This document shows, piece after piece, positions 38,103 through 50,100 of a stretch of DNA of 59,210 bases. How positions within the stretch are numbered: the stretch's first letter is position 1; the number at the start of each line of letters is the position of its first letter. The stretch is from NCBI GenBank assembly GCA_000934665.2, contig JYFJ02000586.1, positions 62,001-121,210 on the forward strand, in the 5' to 3' direction. The position numbers and the translations under genes are program-made. The notes beneath the pieces were generated by a model. That model saw only the letters and a program-made list of their open reading frames with translations. It was not told the DNA's origin and searched no databases. This DNA is from Catajapyx aquilonaris (taxonomy: Eukaryota).

Positions 38103-39212
38103 TATTTGTCTCTACATTGGTTGCATTGAAGAAATAGGCTGAAAACAGAAGCTCCCGCAGTTCATTATTGACAAGCATATGTGCGTCAGATAATTAAGAC
38201 TTAGAATAGTACTTTAATGAAGAACCTAAGTCAGGAATGCCTCGAAGTGGTAGCATATTGGCTCAGAATATTCATTTACTGGCCTGAGCTGGAATCTGCG
38301 TGAATCATACAGTGCAGAGGCTTGCATTCTTCGTGCACTGTACGTTGCTTTGGGGTTGCTTTGAGAATTTCCTGAGTTAGCTGGAATAAAACCACTCTAA
38401 TTTACGAATAATATTTTAATTTTTCCCACGACTTTTGGATTTGCTACTGAGGATGTATGTATGTAACGTCTACCAGTCTGTTAAATAGTTCAATTCATGC
38501 ATTTTTAGGAAAATATGTATAAATATTGTGCCGCAATGTTTTCAATGCGATGTAGTGTTAATCGTCGCATATACCTGCACAAGAGGAACATTTAGAGTTG
38601 GGGTATTATGCCTTATCCTTTGGAGAAGACAATCAGACACCAGACACAATATTAGTTGCGTGACAGTGCAGCTTGTCATTATAAGACAATTCTCAATTTT
38701 AGTTCATGAAGACACCCTATATCCGAGGTATGTGATGCAAAATGAAGCTCAATGCAGTAGAGCCAGGATAGTACTTCCAACAAATCGTGTGGTAAAGTCC
38801 ACAGTTTACTTTAATTGCAATTTAATAGATTTTAAAGATAGGCACCACTAATGCAACTAAGTCATTAGAAACTATCCCCATACTAAATTCACAGTGTACA
38901 ATAGAAACAATATCGGTACCCCCCACCACCACCACCTTCGAAACAGTCTCGCATGTACCAAAGTCCTTCTCACCTATTTGAATTAACAGTTTACCCTGGT
39001 CTAAGTAGACTTTGTTTGAGGTTAGGTGTAATCAATTATGCTTCCTCTATGAAGGTATTAATTATTTCCTCTGCAGTAATTTTATACATTGTCATTCTGT
39101 GGCCTTACTTTAGTATACATTTCCGTCATTCTGTCGTGAAATGTACTGTATCAATGTAGACAAGAACAGGTGAGCAGGGCACTGCAGGAACCAGTTTCAA
39201 GAAAGCAGATAT

Positions 39213-39321
39213 TTATTTATTTATTTACCCCGTTCTCCGGCCGATGGGCCGTTATTGGGGGGACACAACCACCATTACAATCATATACATAATTGCATAC
39301 GCTTGCTAATGTTAGAAAAAA
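39213..39321 (-). mobile_element. 5'-truncated non-LTR retroposon 3' end with (TAAA)n tail
   Basis: Minus strand ends in a GC stem-loop (cccccc...ggcccatcggcc...aacgggg) then taaataaataaataaat. Flanked by a 14-bp direct repeat aagaaa[g/t]cagatat (39199-39212, 39322-39335; one mismatch). Confidence 0.65.
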
Positions 39322-39367
39322 AAGAAATCAGATATCACGAGAAGTGAATGTGGCCCTGCTTCCAATT

Positions 39368-40093
39368 GAATCAGTCATTTTGAAAAGGGCAATATGCCCC
39401 CTTTTTTTGTCAAAATGAACTGCTGATGCATAAGTATCATATACTTGGGAATGCATCGAATGAGATTGTAAACGGTATCATTCCATACACCGGTCATGGT
39501 GAACTGTTGCCACTGAGTTTGAAAAGGGCAATATTCAGGGACTACTCTCATCCTCCTATAAGCTTCGTAAGGTACAACTACCACCTGAAATGTCAAGTAC
39601 CACAGCCTATGAAGGGGGGGGGGGGTGCCAATCAAGCCTCAAAAGTCTCAAATCCCAATCTCAAAAGCTAGAAGATATATCCAAGGTGATGAAGTATGTA
39701 GATTCAAACTACGTCACCTTTTACTATGATATCATGACTTGGCAGACTGAGGAGAAAGAAAGTGATTCTGAAAAAGAGGACTGATAACACTGCGATAATC
39801 TCATGTTTGTACGAGTACGTTTCAAATCAAATAATATGTACACAATACAACTTTGCATATGCATTGTACAGTGATTTTGAAAAGGGCATTACTCCAACAA
39901 TTTGAATTCCATATTGCAACAATGTGAAGCGATGGGTGGGTAACAGATGAGTGTGGTGTAATACACTGTGACTCAGAAAAAAACTGCTATTTCACCTTTT
40001 TATAGAGAGCAACATTTAAATAATATTCAGTTTTTCTTGTGTCCTGAAAAAAATGGTTTGTTGAATCTTGCCCCTTTTCAAAATCACCGATTC
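39368..40093 (+). mobile_element. Internally deleted DNA transposon, Sola1-like
   Basis: TIRs gaatcagtcattttgaaaagggcaa / ttgccccttttcaaaatcaccgattc; flanks AATT / AATG (AWWT-like TSD with one mismatch). Internal copies of tttgaaaagggca near 39518 and 39877. Remnant AYEG..VPIKPQK/LEDISKVMKYVDSNYVTFYYDIMTWQTEEKESDSEKED* (39590-39784) resembles Sola-type transposase C-termini from memory. Confidence 0.6.
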
Positions 40094-40782
40094 AATGTGG
40101 TTGCTTCCATTTAAACGGCTGGTTGTGGTAATTCCATTCATAACTTCATTAAACCTCGTCTAGGAGCAATGTAACAATGAGAGAAACATATGCTCTTGGG
40201 TGTCATTATGTCATCTTACCTTAGAGCATAAAACCCCGTTGAATGTGCAGTACGTTACAAGTAAGACATAAAGTGTAGACGGGCAGAAACCCATATTGAA
40301 TGTTGAGATTGCATTACCCCTTACAGAGTAACTTTTTTCTAAACATTTATGAAGGAGAATGTAGACTCTGATTCAATTAACATTACAATGTGACTAATAT
40401 ATTGTTCTGCACATCAGGTATTCATTCCCTCTCCTTTTCTCCTTCCACATCTTTATCGCACGAGCAAAAATCTTCAATTTCCCGTCTGATCTCTCGTAAA
40501 CATACCTGAGTGGACAACGACGTAGCATCTGAGTAAAGGATAATTACATTGTCCTGTAAGTTAAATATAAAACTGAGGTGTGCACCGGCATATGATTTGA
40601 GCTAAATCAGTGTCTCCGTGTAAAAATGATAATGATCGATATAAAAATAAAGGTCCAGATATATAATGAATATAAAAGACAAGAATGTCCCATATTCTCT
40701 CAAACAAATGCCACCTGAATTGATATGACTGCATGACCTTATAGCACATCATCTACCCATTGATAGATTCCCACAAGCAATA

Positions 40783-41132
40783 ATTCTAATAATAATAATT
40801 TTTGGGTAGTGCCTGACCCTATAGAGGGTATGCGGCACGGACCTTTATTGTAACTTGTAGTACATATACTATATTTTTTGAAATGCCCGGGCCCACGGGC
40901 AGGATGACAGGAGGGGATGTGCAAGGTGCAGAAGTGCAATGTCTTAAACGTGGCCATTTTTAGTGAACTCCCCCGGGTGGTTTAGTCTGTTGGAAATACC
41001 ACCCGAGACGAAGCCAGAGGTGACCCTGAACTCTGCACGAGATGAAGGGGGTGTTCCCGGGCTGGGATCAAACCCGGGACCTTAACATCCGTGGGCGCAT
41101 ACGTTTCCGCAGCACCACTCCGCCTCCCCTTA
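40783..41132 (-). mobile_element. tRNA-derived SINE (family A), full length, ~350 bp
   Basis: Minus-strand head with A-box-like TGGTGCTGCGG and B-box-like GGTTTGATCCC; 3' hairpin and short (ATT)n tail; exact 12-bp TSD ccacaagcaata at 40771-40782 and 41133-41144. Confidence 0.82.
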
Positions 41133-44100
41133 CCACAAGCAATACATTGCTCAATTTCATTTAACTTGTGCTATTGTGGCAGGAAAATGCTTCACAATTT
41201 ATTGGAGAGGTGCGAGTGGACGAAAAAATACATGTCACGTGTATATCTCCACTTTTGATAAGTTCCAGATAACAAAAAAGAGCTTACAGATCACCAATAA
41301 GGTACCGTACGTATATCTGGAGGGAAATAAGGCCATGTTTCAAATAAGCCCCCCTTTCTTTGTGTCGCCTATCATCAACTAGCAATATTATGACAGTATG
41401 ATTAGCTCTCCCTCATTGTGACTTACAATTTTGGTTTTACTAAGACTTGAACTATACAACTTTCCAAACGACAAAGCAATCGAGAAAATGCACAATAGGT
41501 AAGCGTGGAAAAGCCGGTTCCTTAGGAAGGCCTTAATAATATCCTTGGGTACCTTACTAGAATATATGGAATAATTGTTCTTCGCCCCAAAACTCATTGT
41601 AATTTTAGCAGGTCATCTCATCTCCAACAGTCAAAAATATCAGTGTAGTTTATTATGAACACGAATTTTATCGTTTACTTACTCAATAGTACAAGTACCG
41701 CGTAATTCGTGCAAATCTCCTATGAATATACAATAAACGTCTGTCCCTTTTAAAGATACAATATTGAAAAAAATGACATCGTCGACATCCTCCGAATAAT
41801 CTGTTATCGGACAGCAAATTCAATTTCCATGAGTTGATGATGATTAGGTGTGAGCTATTCCTCTTTGTAATGCAAGGTTGTTCATTTAGCTAAGAGACAC
41901 TACCGTAATTTCTCCGGGGGGGGGGGGGGNGGGGGGAAGATATCTATAAAAATGGAAAAACCAAAGTAGGTCTCTTATATCTCTCTAACGATTTTATCTG
42001 CCTCATTTTCCGCATATTTGCATCTCCCTCTAATTTTTGTTCTTGTGCTTAAAAAAGACTTTCCTCATGACGCATACAGGCAAAAGGTTTAGTTTATTAG
42101 TCAAGCAATGGCAGAAACTTGGCCTCCTCCCATCTAACAGACTTCATAATTCGCGATTTTCAGTCTTAAGGACCACTTATGCTTTTTTCATGCACTCTGC
42201 CCAGCAGGGGAATGATATCTCTCAGTACCCATAAGTGGGCTTTTAAAATGTAGTTAACCCTTTTTCACCTGTACGCTTTGACGAGCCAGTTTATAATCCA
42301 TCTTCAGATTAGAACTAAACTCCACAAATTCTAATTAATACAAAAAGCAGTGCCGTTATTTGACCCTAATATTGTATTTCGATTCACTCTACATAAAGGC
42401 CGGAAAAGTCTACTGTAACTCCACCCTATTTTTACCTCCTACGAAATAATAGAAAATCTAAACACATCGATATTGTCTACAATGCATGACCCCACCCACT
42501 CCCAAGTCACTCACCGCAGTACCCACCTACATTCTTTTTCAATAAGTGCGCCACATTGGCAGAAAACTAGCTGTTACTCTGGAGGGCAGTAGTTCTGCTA
42601 GTTGAATTATTTATAAGCATAATCTTCTAGATTTTTGCCACTATAAATATTCACAAGAAAATGATTACATACACGTGTGAAATCACTACCAAATGCTCCA
42701 TTCCCTTACAGCAGCCTTACTAGTCTCAACCCCCCCCCCCCACTTACCCCCATATCAGCTGGCGTATTTTACGACTGCCCTCTAAGGTTTGAGGTTGCCA
42801 TAGTGGCAAAATTAAGCCATTTACTTCACCCACATCCCATCGTATCATACCGGACATTCCTGGAGTTTATAGAATCTAACCTTCAGGCTTGAACGTTCTA
42901 CAGCGCCTTATCACCATCTGGATGGTGAAAATAGAAGGATATACATAGAAACAGCGTACAAAAGCACATTTCACTCCCCCAACTCCACGTACCGAATGAA
43001 AGTGTAACGCTTGCCAGCTGAGCACCCTATACGTAAAAATCAAGGTAAAATGGATGACAACCTTTCATCCTGACCCCTTATGCAACCGCACCCTTGAATC
43101 ACGGAAGGGCTAACCCGCAGGCGCAAAAGCAGAGCCACCAAAAATATTGCAAAAATCATTCATGTTACCCTGTATGCCATTTGAGTATCATTGTAAGCGC
43201 TATTACCTATGCCAACACAGTATCAAGGTAGGAATCACAATGTTGGTTATTTTCGCGGATTTTGTGCAGGTTGATTGAACAACTGAATTCCCATGAGGAG
43301 GGAAGGCGGCGGGAGCGGCCTTGCTCAATTCCCTTTGCATCCTCGCCATTAAGAGGCATGTTTGTTCAATCACTGTATAGGTTCATGTACAATAATGACA
43401 CAGTGTGTTTCCAAACTAGCGGGTTTCTAGCGTACACAGCTCGCGGGCTAGAACCTGCCAGTGGACCTCCAGCTATGCATCCATATTAATAGGAATTTTC
43501 ACACTTTCGTTTAAAATTGAAAACTACGTACATCAGCGTTTTCTAGAATATTTTTACGATAGGTAAATGTGCAATCATCAGTCACTCTACTGCTACTGGT
43601 ATGATGCAGTATAGAGGCAACATTAACGCGACATGTTGTTGACACCTGTACAAATGCTATAACTAGGGATGAAACACATAGCAGAAGGTTGTTGTGCAAA
43701 TCTACAAACGCGCATTACTAGCGGTACTAATTGTCTTAGAAAGTTCGTCATTACCTGGAGGTAAAGCGAGGCGGGTCCTTCATTGTGCAAGTCTGGAATG
43801 CCTGGCTGTTTTCATTTCTCAAGGGGAGGGAAGGGGGGCAAATGAGAAGGCATGTTTACTTAACCTACATAGTTCCTACACTTGAAACACCTCAAGATTC
43901 CCACCCATCTCTTCGAGAAGGATAATTTGCTTTTAATCCTAACTCTCACGTCATATTGCTACGCCTGATAAGTTAATCTCACGCACGTACCTGTCTTCAG
44001 TTCATGATGAAAATTTGAATCCTGGCACTTATTCCCAATTTGAAATGTACAGTACACTCTTACAGTTACTGTACTTGTTCCTTAGGTTGCTCTACCTGTG

Positions 44101-47100
44101 TGCATATTCCTAAAGCCCAATGTAACTTAAGGCTAAAGTAAGTGAAGACATAGTCCTCAAGCTGCCAGGAATAGATTGGGCGTATTGTCAAGGGGCTTCT
44201 CCCTCGTTCATTAGGTGTCGTTCCTTCCCAGGGAGCCTTTAGTTCCCTCCTGCTCAGCAGGCCGGCAGAAATAAACAAGAGTCCCTACTTGACGAGGCGA
44301 TTAAGTGGGGGATGCTGGTCTTAGCAAACGGCTGACCGACCGCTTACACGCCACCCACTGGAAACTTCACTACTCTCGGTCCGTTGCACAATGTGGGTCA
44401 AAACGTCACTGTCACCCAGAAAAAAAGAGAGACAGAGTCGGAGCTACAGTCAAGTAGGTCTAATGAATACAATAAATTAATTTGGGATGCATCGGTGGCG
44501 GGCAGTCCGAGAAGGAGAATTTTGGTGTAGTCTGTAGTGGGAGGATTGAATATTCTGATGAGGACAAAGGCTTACAAGCGGAGGCTCTTCCTCCTTTCAG
44601 CCAGCTTTTGTTTCCCTAGAGGCCGCCTTCCTGTGGATTACCCAATCAGCCGACTTGAGGCACGTCTTTATTATTCATGTGCAACCTGGCCTTTGTCACG
44701 CAAAACGCGCCCCCGGACCCCCTCAATTTCTAGCCCGCAATTTCATCTCTCCAGCGCCTTCCTTTCTTCCGTTCCTCTCAGCAACCACGCCCCATCACAT
44801 AACTAATAAAAATCGCACACACACTTTCTTGGGTGTCAACATTGTCAGCCAGATGTGGCCATGGGCTACAAGTTATAATCCCCTCCCATAACATGTGAGG
44901 AGGACATGTTTTTCCCGGTGGGTGCTGGCAGGAGGGCGGCTGTCAACATGGATACATCGTACTCCCCCCCGGTGTGTCACTTTCATGTGGTCACATGCCA
45001 AGCAGGCCTGATGGGCTATTTAGTTCTGTCTTGTCACCAGGTGGTCTCATCCCCTACTGCCAGTTAGCTAGCTTGCATCGTCTTTCGGCAAGGAATTAAC
45101 AACTTTGCGAGCCCTCAACCTGAGAGGATGGAGGTCTGCACATGACACCCGCATCCTCTCCCTCATTCCATCCCGCCCACCGGGGGGGTAGTTGTATCAA
45201 GCCAGGAATAACGCAGAGCAGTGGACCATCACCTCATCCGTCCCGTTCAATTATGGAGATTGGTCCCATCCGTAAACTGCCAATAACTAAGTGCAGCGCA
45301 GCACAAATCCGACTCTGGCAAACAAGGGCCTGGCACACACTGACTCGTCCTCACACCTACACTCATCCTGACTCCCCGAGCATCAATATTGACCTGTCAA
45401 ATGGCAGCTAATATGCCTGTAGGCGACCCCTTTTGGCTTGTGACACCGGCCGCCGCTGCCACATGTGAAAATCACGAGCATCCCTATGAGCCATCCAACA
45501 GGAAAAGGGACAACCCCAAGTCCCGAAGTCGATAGATAATATCAAATCCAGGGTGTATTTTAGGCCTGGCCTACTAAAACTACTCTGGCCCAACCTTCCC
45601 CCCTACTCCACTCCAATTCCTCCCCTCCCCCCTCTCTCTCCCCCCTCTGAGCTGAATCGATCTCGACTTGCTCCTAGGCTGCAGTGCCGCCTAACCAAGC
45701 TCTGGTCTCAACAAGCTGGCTTGGCTGGCTGGCCCTGCCTCTGCCAGAAGACTCTCAGGCTTTCCAAGCAGGAGCAGCACCGGGGGAGGAAAGGACACCC
45801 CCCCCCCCCAAAAAAAAAAAAAAAAGTCTGGGTCTGTTACGTAGGTTGCTAATTGAGCTTTTTGCCCCCGACTGTTCCGTCAGGTAGCAAGGTCGCAGAC
45901 TTGCCGGAATTTTTACGAGGAATAGGTCCACTGCACTCTGGATCCATACAAACTTCTTACAATGATGGGCAACAATGTGCGCAATGAGACGTTCCTGCGG
46001 TATGGCCACTCCAGTAGAAACCTCTGTGCGTGTCACGACAACAGCTGAAGGCACGGTCGGCTGAGAAACACTGCAAAACTATCGATGGTTTGCAATTAAT
46101 TTTCCCGTTTCGTGCTACTGGCTGTCATGTTTACTTACTTTTCGGATTGCTTTTCTGGTTGATAGAGCAGACGCTCATGTTGCTTATAGGTTTGGTGGAA
46201 AAGGCATTTTACATTGTTCATCCTGATTGAAACTATTATCATTATACCCACGTCGGTTTTGTGACGATTTCGTGCCACTCGTACTGTGTTACCAGCAGGA
46301 TCGCAGCCAGATTCATTTTCAGCAGGCCCTTGGTCATACACGATATGCATATACGTATGTTCGTATATAATTATTGCAATTTGACACAAAATCTGGCTGA
46401 AAATACATCAGTCTTGCATGCCCCTAGGTTAGAAATGACATGCACAACAGACGAGTCTGTCAGTATCACATGTCCTGAAATATTTATAGAGCGTCATTGT
46501 TATTCAGCTGCAAAGGTGAAATGACTGCGAGGGGAGCACTATAGATTACAGCGACAATAAATGTTGGTTAAATATGATTAAACGTCAAAAATTGACATCT
46601 TATTGCCAGTTGATAGTGAAGCCGTCACATTATTATGATATCAAATGCGATAAAAAAATAAGTGCAACTTTAATGATGGGAAAAGCACAAGCTCGTACCT
46701 CTCATATAAAATCTACGCTACTGAGGATCAATAAAACAACATTTTAACATGTTTGGTAGTCCTAAGATTTCTACTCTATCATCTGCACAACGCAACGTTA
46801 AAAATGACATTTTCAGCTGTCCTTTAACCTCTTAAATAATGGGCATTAAATTAGACAAGCAGAGCTACCAAATGTTACGCAAATTTGATTAAGCTTTCCA
46901 ACGTCATGCTACGTAAATTTTTGGGCACAGCAGTGGGAAAATAATGGAGCTCGGAGGAGTGTATATTATTAAATGGATAGGAGGTTACTAGTTTCACTCT
47001 AAGTACAAAAAGAGTACATGTATAAACACTACTCCCTTCACTTTAAATATGAAAAAGGTCAACAGTCATATTCAAGAAGGACCAGTCAAGCGAGAATGCG

Positions 47101-50100
47101 GCGAAGAGAATTTTCAACTCTGGGTGACAAAATATGAATCAGGTGTCACTCGTCGTTCGAGAAAAAAAAGCTTTCACAAAAATCACTCACGGAATGAAAT
47201 ATGACATTTACACTAAATACTGTATTATGTTTCAATTCGTATATGTGAAGCATATAATAATTCTAAATTATAAACCAAAATGGTTTCTATGTACGTACTG
47301 AGCAGTTGGGTTAAATTTAGGATTGTCCATGACGTCACTGGGTAATCAGTCTGCCAGACCATTTGGGTTACAATTATGTTCATGTCAAAAGAACGCGGTA
47401 ATACAAATGTAATGGTCACAATTATATTAATTGCAATTTAAATACAATGTGTAGTAATGTTAGGCGAGTTTCACAGAGGTGAGAGTGGGCTACAGGAATG
47501 TGATTTCTCATTTTTATTCGAGACTGAATTTTCTAAATTAGTGTAAACGGTTCTCACCAGGTGCATACGTCAAGCTCTGTCACCACTTGAATTGAATATG
47601 CATCACGAGAAGAAATCTGGCGCAGTACGGTGCGCATCTTGGCCGTACGCCAACTTAATGCTTCCTGCTATAACTACAGTACTTCTCATTAGTAGAACTT
47701 ATTAATCCCAAGCGTTGGCAGTGTCGTTATCCGCTTAGTGCAGGCATGGCTTGAATAATATTTTTACAGCGATCGCCTCGTAAGTCCCGCCACACGATTC
47801 CCAGGAGGCAACCAGCAATCTTTTTAATCGTTAAATAAATATGCTGAAAAACCCCAAAGCATGTGTGATATCTGCGATATCACAACAATGCTCCACTAAG
47901 TATGCATTTTTATTTCTCTCATTGACGCATTATTTGGCAATCAATCAGTGTATGGCTCATTCACTGTCATTATAGTCTCCATAATTTTGGATTTACATGG
48001 TACAAACAAATCTGTTATTAAACCCGTATTTAATTACATTTAATATGGATAAACAATAGAAAGAATAGCAATATTATGGAAAACAATACGTTGTTATTAT
48101 ACACCATGCATAAAAGGGCATGTACTACTGCATCACAATGCACTTTTCATTCTCTCTCGTACCACCAAACATCCGGCATTAAAAATAGGCGCAACCTGGA
48201 AATAACGGAATTTTTGGCGTACACCGATATTTTGCTATACCAGTTGATAGCACATGTAGTTTGGCCAAGACAATCTCGAGATATTTTTGTTTTGTTGTGG
48301 TTGTAAGGCTCGGGATATGAAAGGCTCGCTTGCAAGGGGCAATATTAAAGCAAAGTGGGAGCGTCAGCATCGTCCCTTCCTTCTTTTCCTCCTCCTCCTC
48401 CTCCTCCTTCCCTCCAGCTCCAGGCAGGCAGCAGCCTGAAGAAAAGAGGCTGCTGGGTCTGGAGATTAATCCTTTTCGGGAATGTAGGAATCCACTTTGG
48501 TTGGGCGGGCGAAGCTGGGGGAATCGGGGGAATGGAGGGAATGGTCCAATACGCCCGCCTCTTGCCCCTGCCACGGGAATATCCTTCCCTTCCCTCCATA
48601 TCCCTCCCCGTTCACTCTTCTTCCCTTCTTGCTTGCTGGGCAAGACAAACGATCCCGCATTGAGTGGAGAACATTGTCTTCCCAGAGAGGGAATGGGTCG
48701 GACGACTGCATCTGCGTCCCCCCTCGCAGGGATTCGCAGGTACTCAACCTCCTTACTGCCGACATGTCTCAGACATTCAAATTTTGTGACGTCCATGAGT
48801 CTCAAGGATGTATTACTAGTCCAGTGCATTGTTTGATACCTTTTTAGCTAGGAAACCCAGAATTCCGGAATTAAATCCCACAAAAAAAAAAAAAATCATT
48901 TTACAAAATGGCTTTTCCTTACTAGAGAAATTCCATTTTGTTCGAAACTCCTGTCCGCTAAGAAAAATCTATCAACTTCTCGGCATTTGTCTGGTAAAAA
49001 AAAAAACGCCACTTCACTACCGAATCTCTCTCCCCATACTTCATGCCAGCCATATATGGCGCAAAAAGCATCCGGCAATAGTTCGTACCGCCTAATAAGA
49101 ATTCAGTACAAGTCCCAGCTCAGTGTCAATGCATATTTTATAAACGAATTTGATGTGGGCAAACTTCCATTTTTCCACGCTCGAATTCTCCCACTCCCCA
49201 CATACATTTCTAGAGAGAGAGATAGATAGAAAAAAAAGCGATAACCTCCTCCTTTTCGGAAGCGCAGCCTTCTCTGGCATGAAAGAGGCGCTTCGTCTTT
49301 CTCCCGATATTAAAGGGTGCTGCAGGAAATATATATGGCTCGCATGCGGATGCCATACTCCTTGACGCACACTCTAGGGAACACCTACCAAACTTCACGT
49401 CGAGAATACAAGTTCCTGTTCATGGGAGTTCATCGGTCGAAAATGGGTCAAAATCGGGGGACCGGACTTGCATCGATTTTACGTCTCCCTGGAGGCTTGG
49501 AAGCCCAAACTAATTACTGTGGCTACCTAGCTCCCCCAACACGTAATATCACTTTTTTTTTACACACATTGCCCTCCCACAAAAAATATGAGTGACCCAC
49601 ACCTCCCACCCCACAAACGAGAAGACACATCTCAAAAGCATCTGACGTAAAAAGCTACTTAATCACACACTCCCGGTTGCAATAAAACGTGTAGCACAAG
49701 GCGAAATGTCCCATTAACCGCTCTGGCAGATATCTATTGAGCCGTAAATGCGCTCATATCCAACTCCTCCCAGTGTGAGGGAGATATTTTCCCCCGTCCT
49801 GACCCAATCATTGCCTAAGTGGCAAGCAAACTAAAGAGGACCTACGGTGATGAGGTTGCCAATTCGCAGCACTTGTAACACTTGCAATTTTTTTTACGGT
49901 GTCAGGTGCTCCAATAGGCATCACTCTGGCTGGAAAGATAAAGGAAAGCCGGTTTTCTACACTGCGGAAAACCCTTGACGTGTCTGCCAAATCCCCTTTT
50001 CACTTTTTTATACTGCAACAGCAGCCTAGAAAAGGCTCGTCAGAATTAATTCAGCGACCGTTTGGCTAATTAAAAACTGTTGGAACCCAGAAAAAGAAGG

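Noticed and set aside
44550..44600. Hammerhead ribozyme core (CTGATGA; also near 574 and 51552)
   Set aside because: No stem II closing onto GAAA at the required spacing.
48179..48847. Stacked 100-216-aa ORFs on both strands
   Set aside because: GC-rich, purine/pyrimidine-skewed low-complexity sequence depleted of stop codons; no domain recognised.
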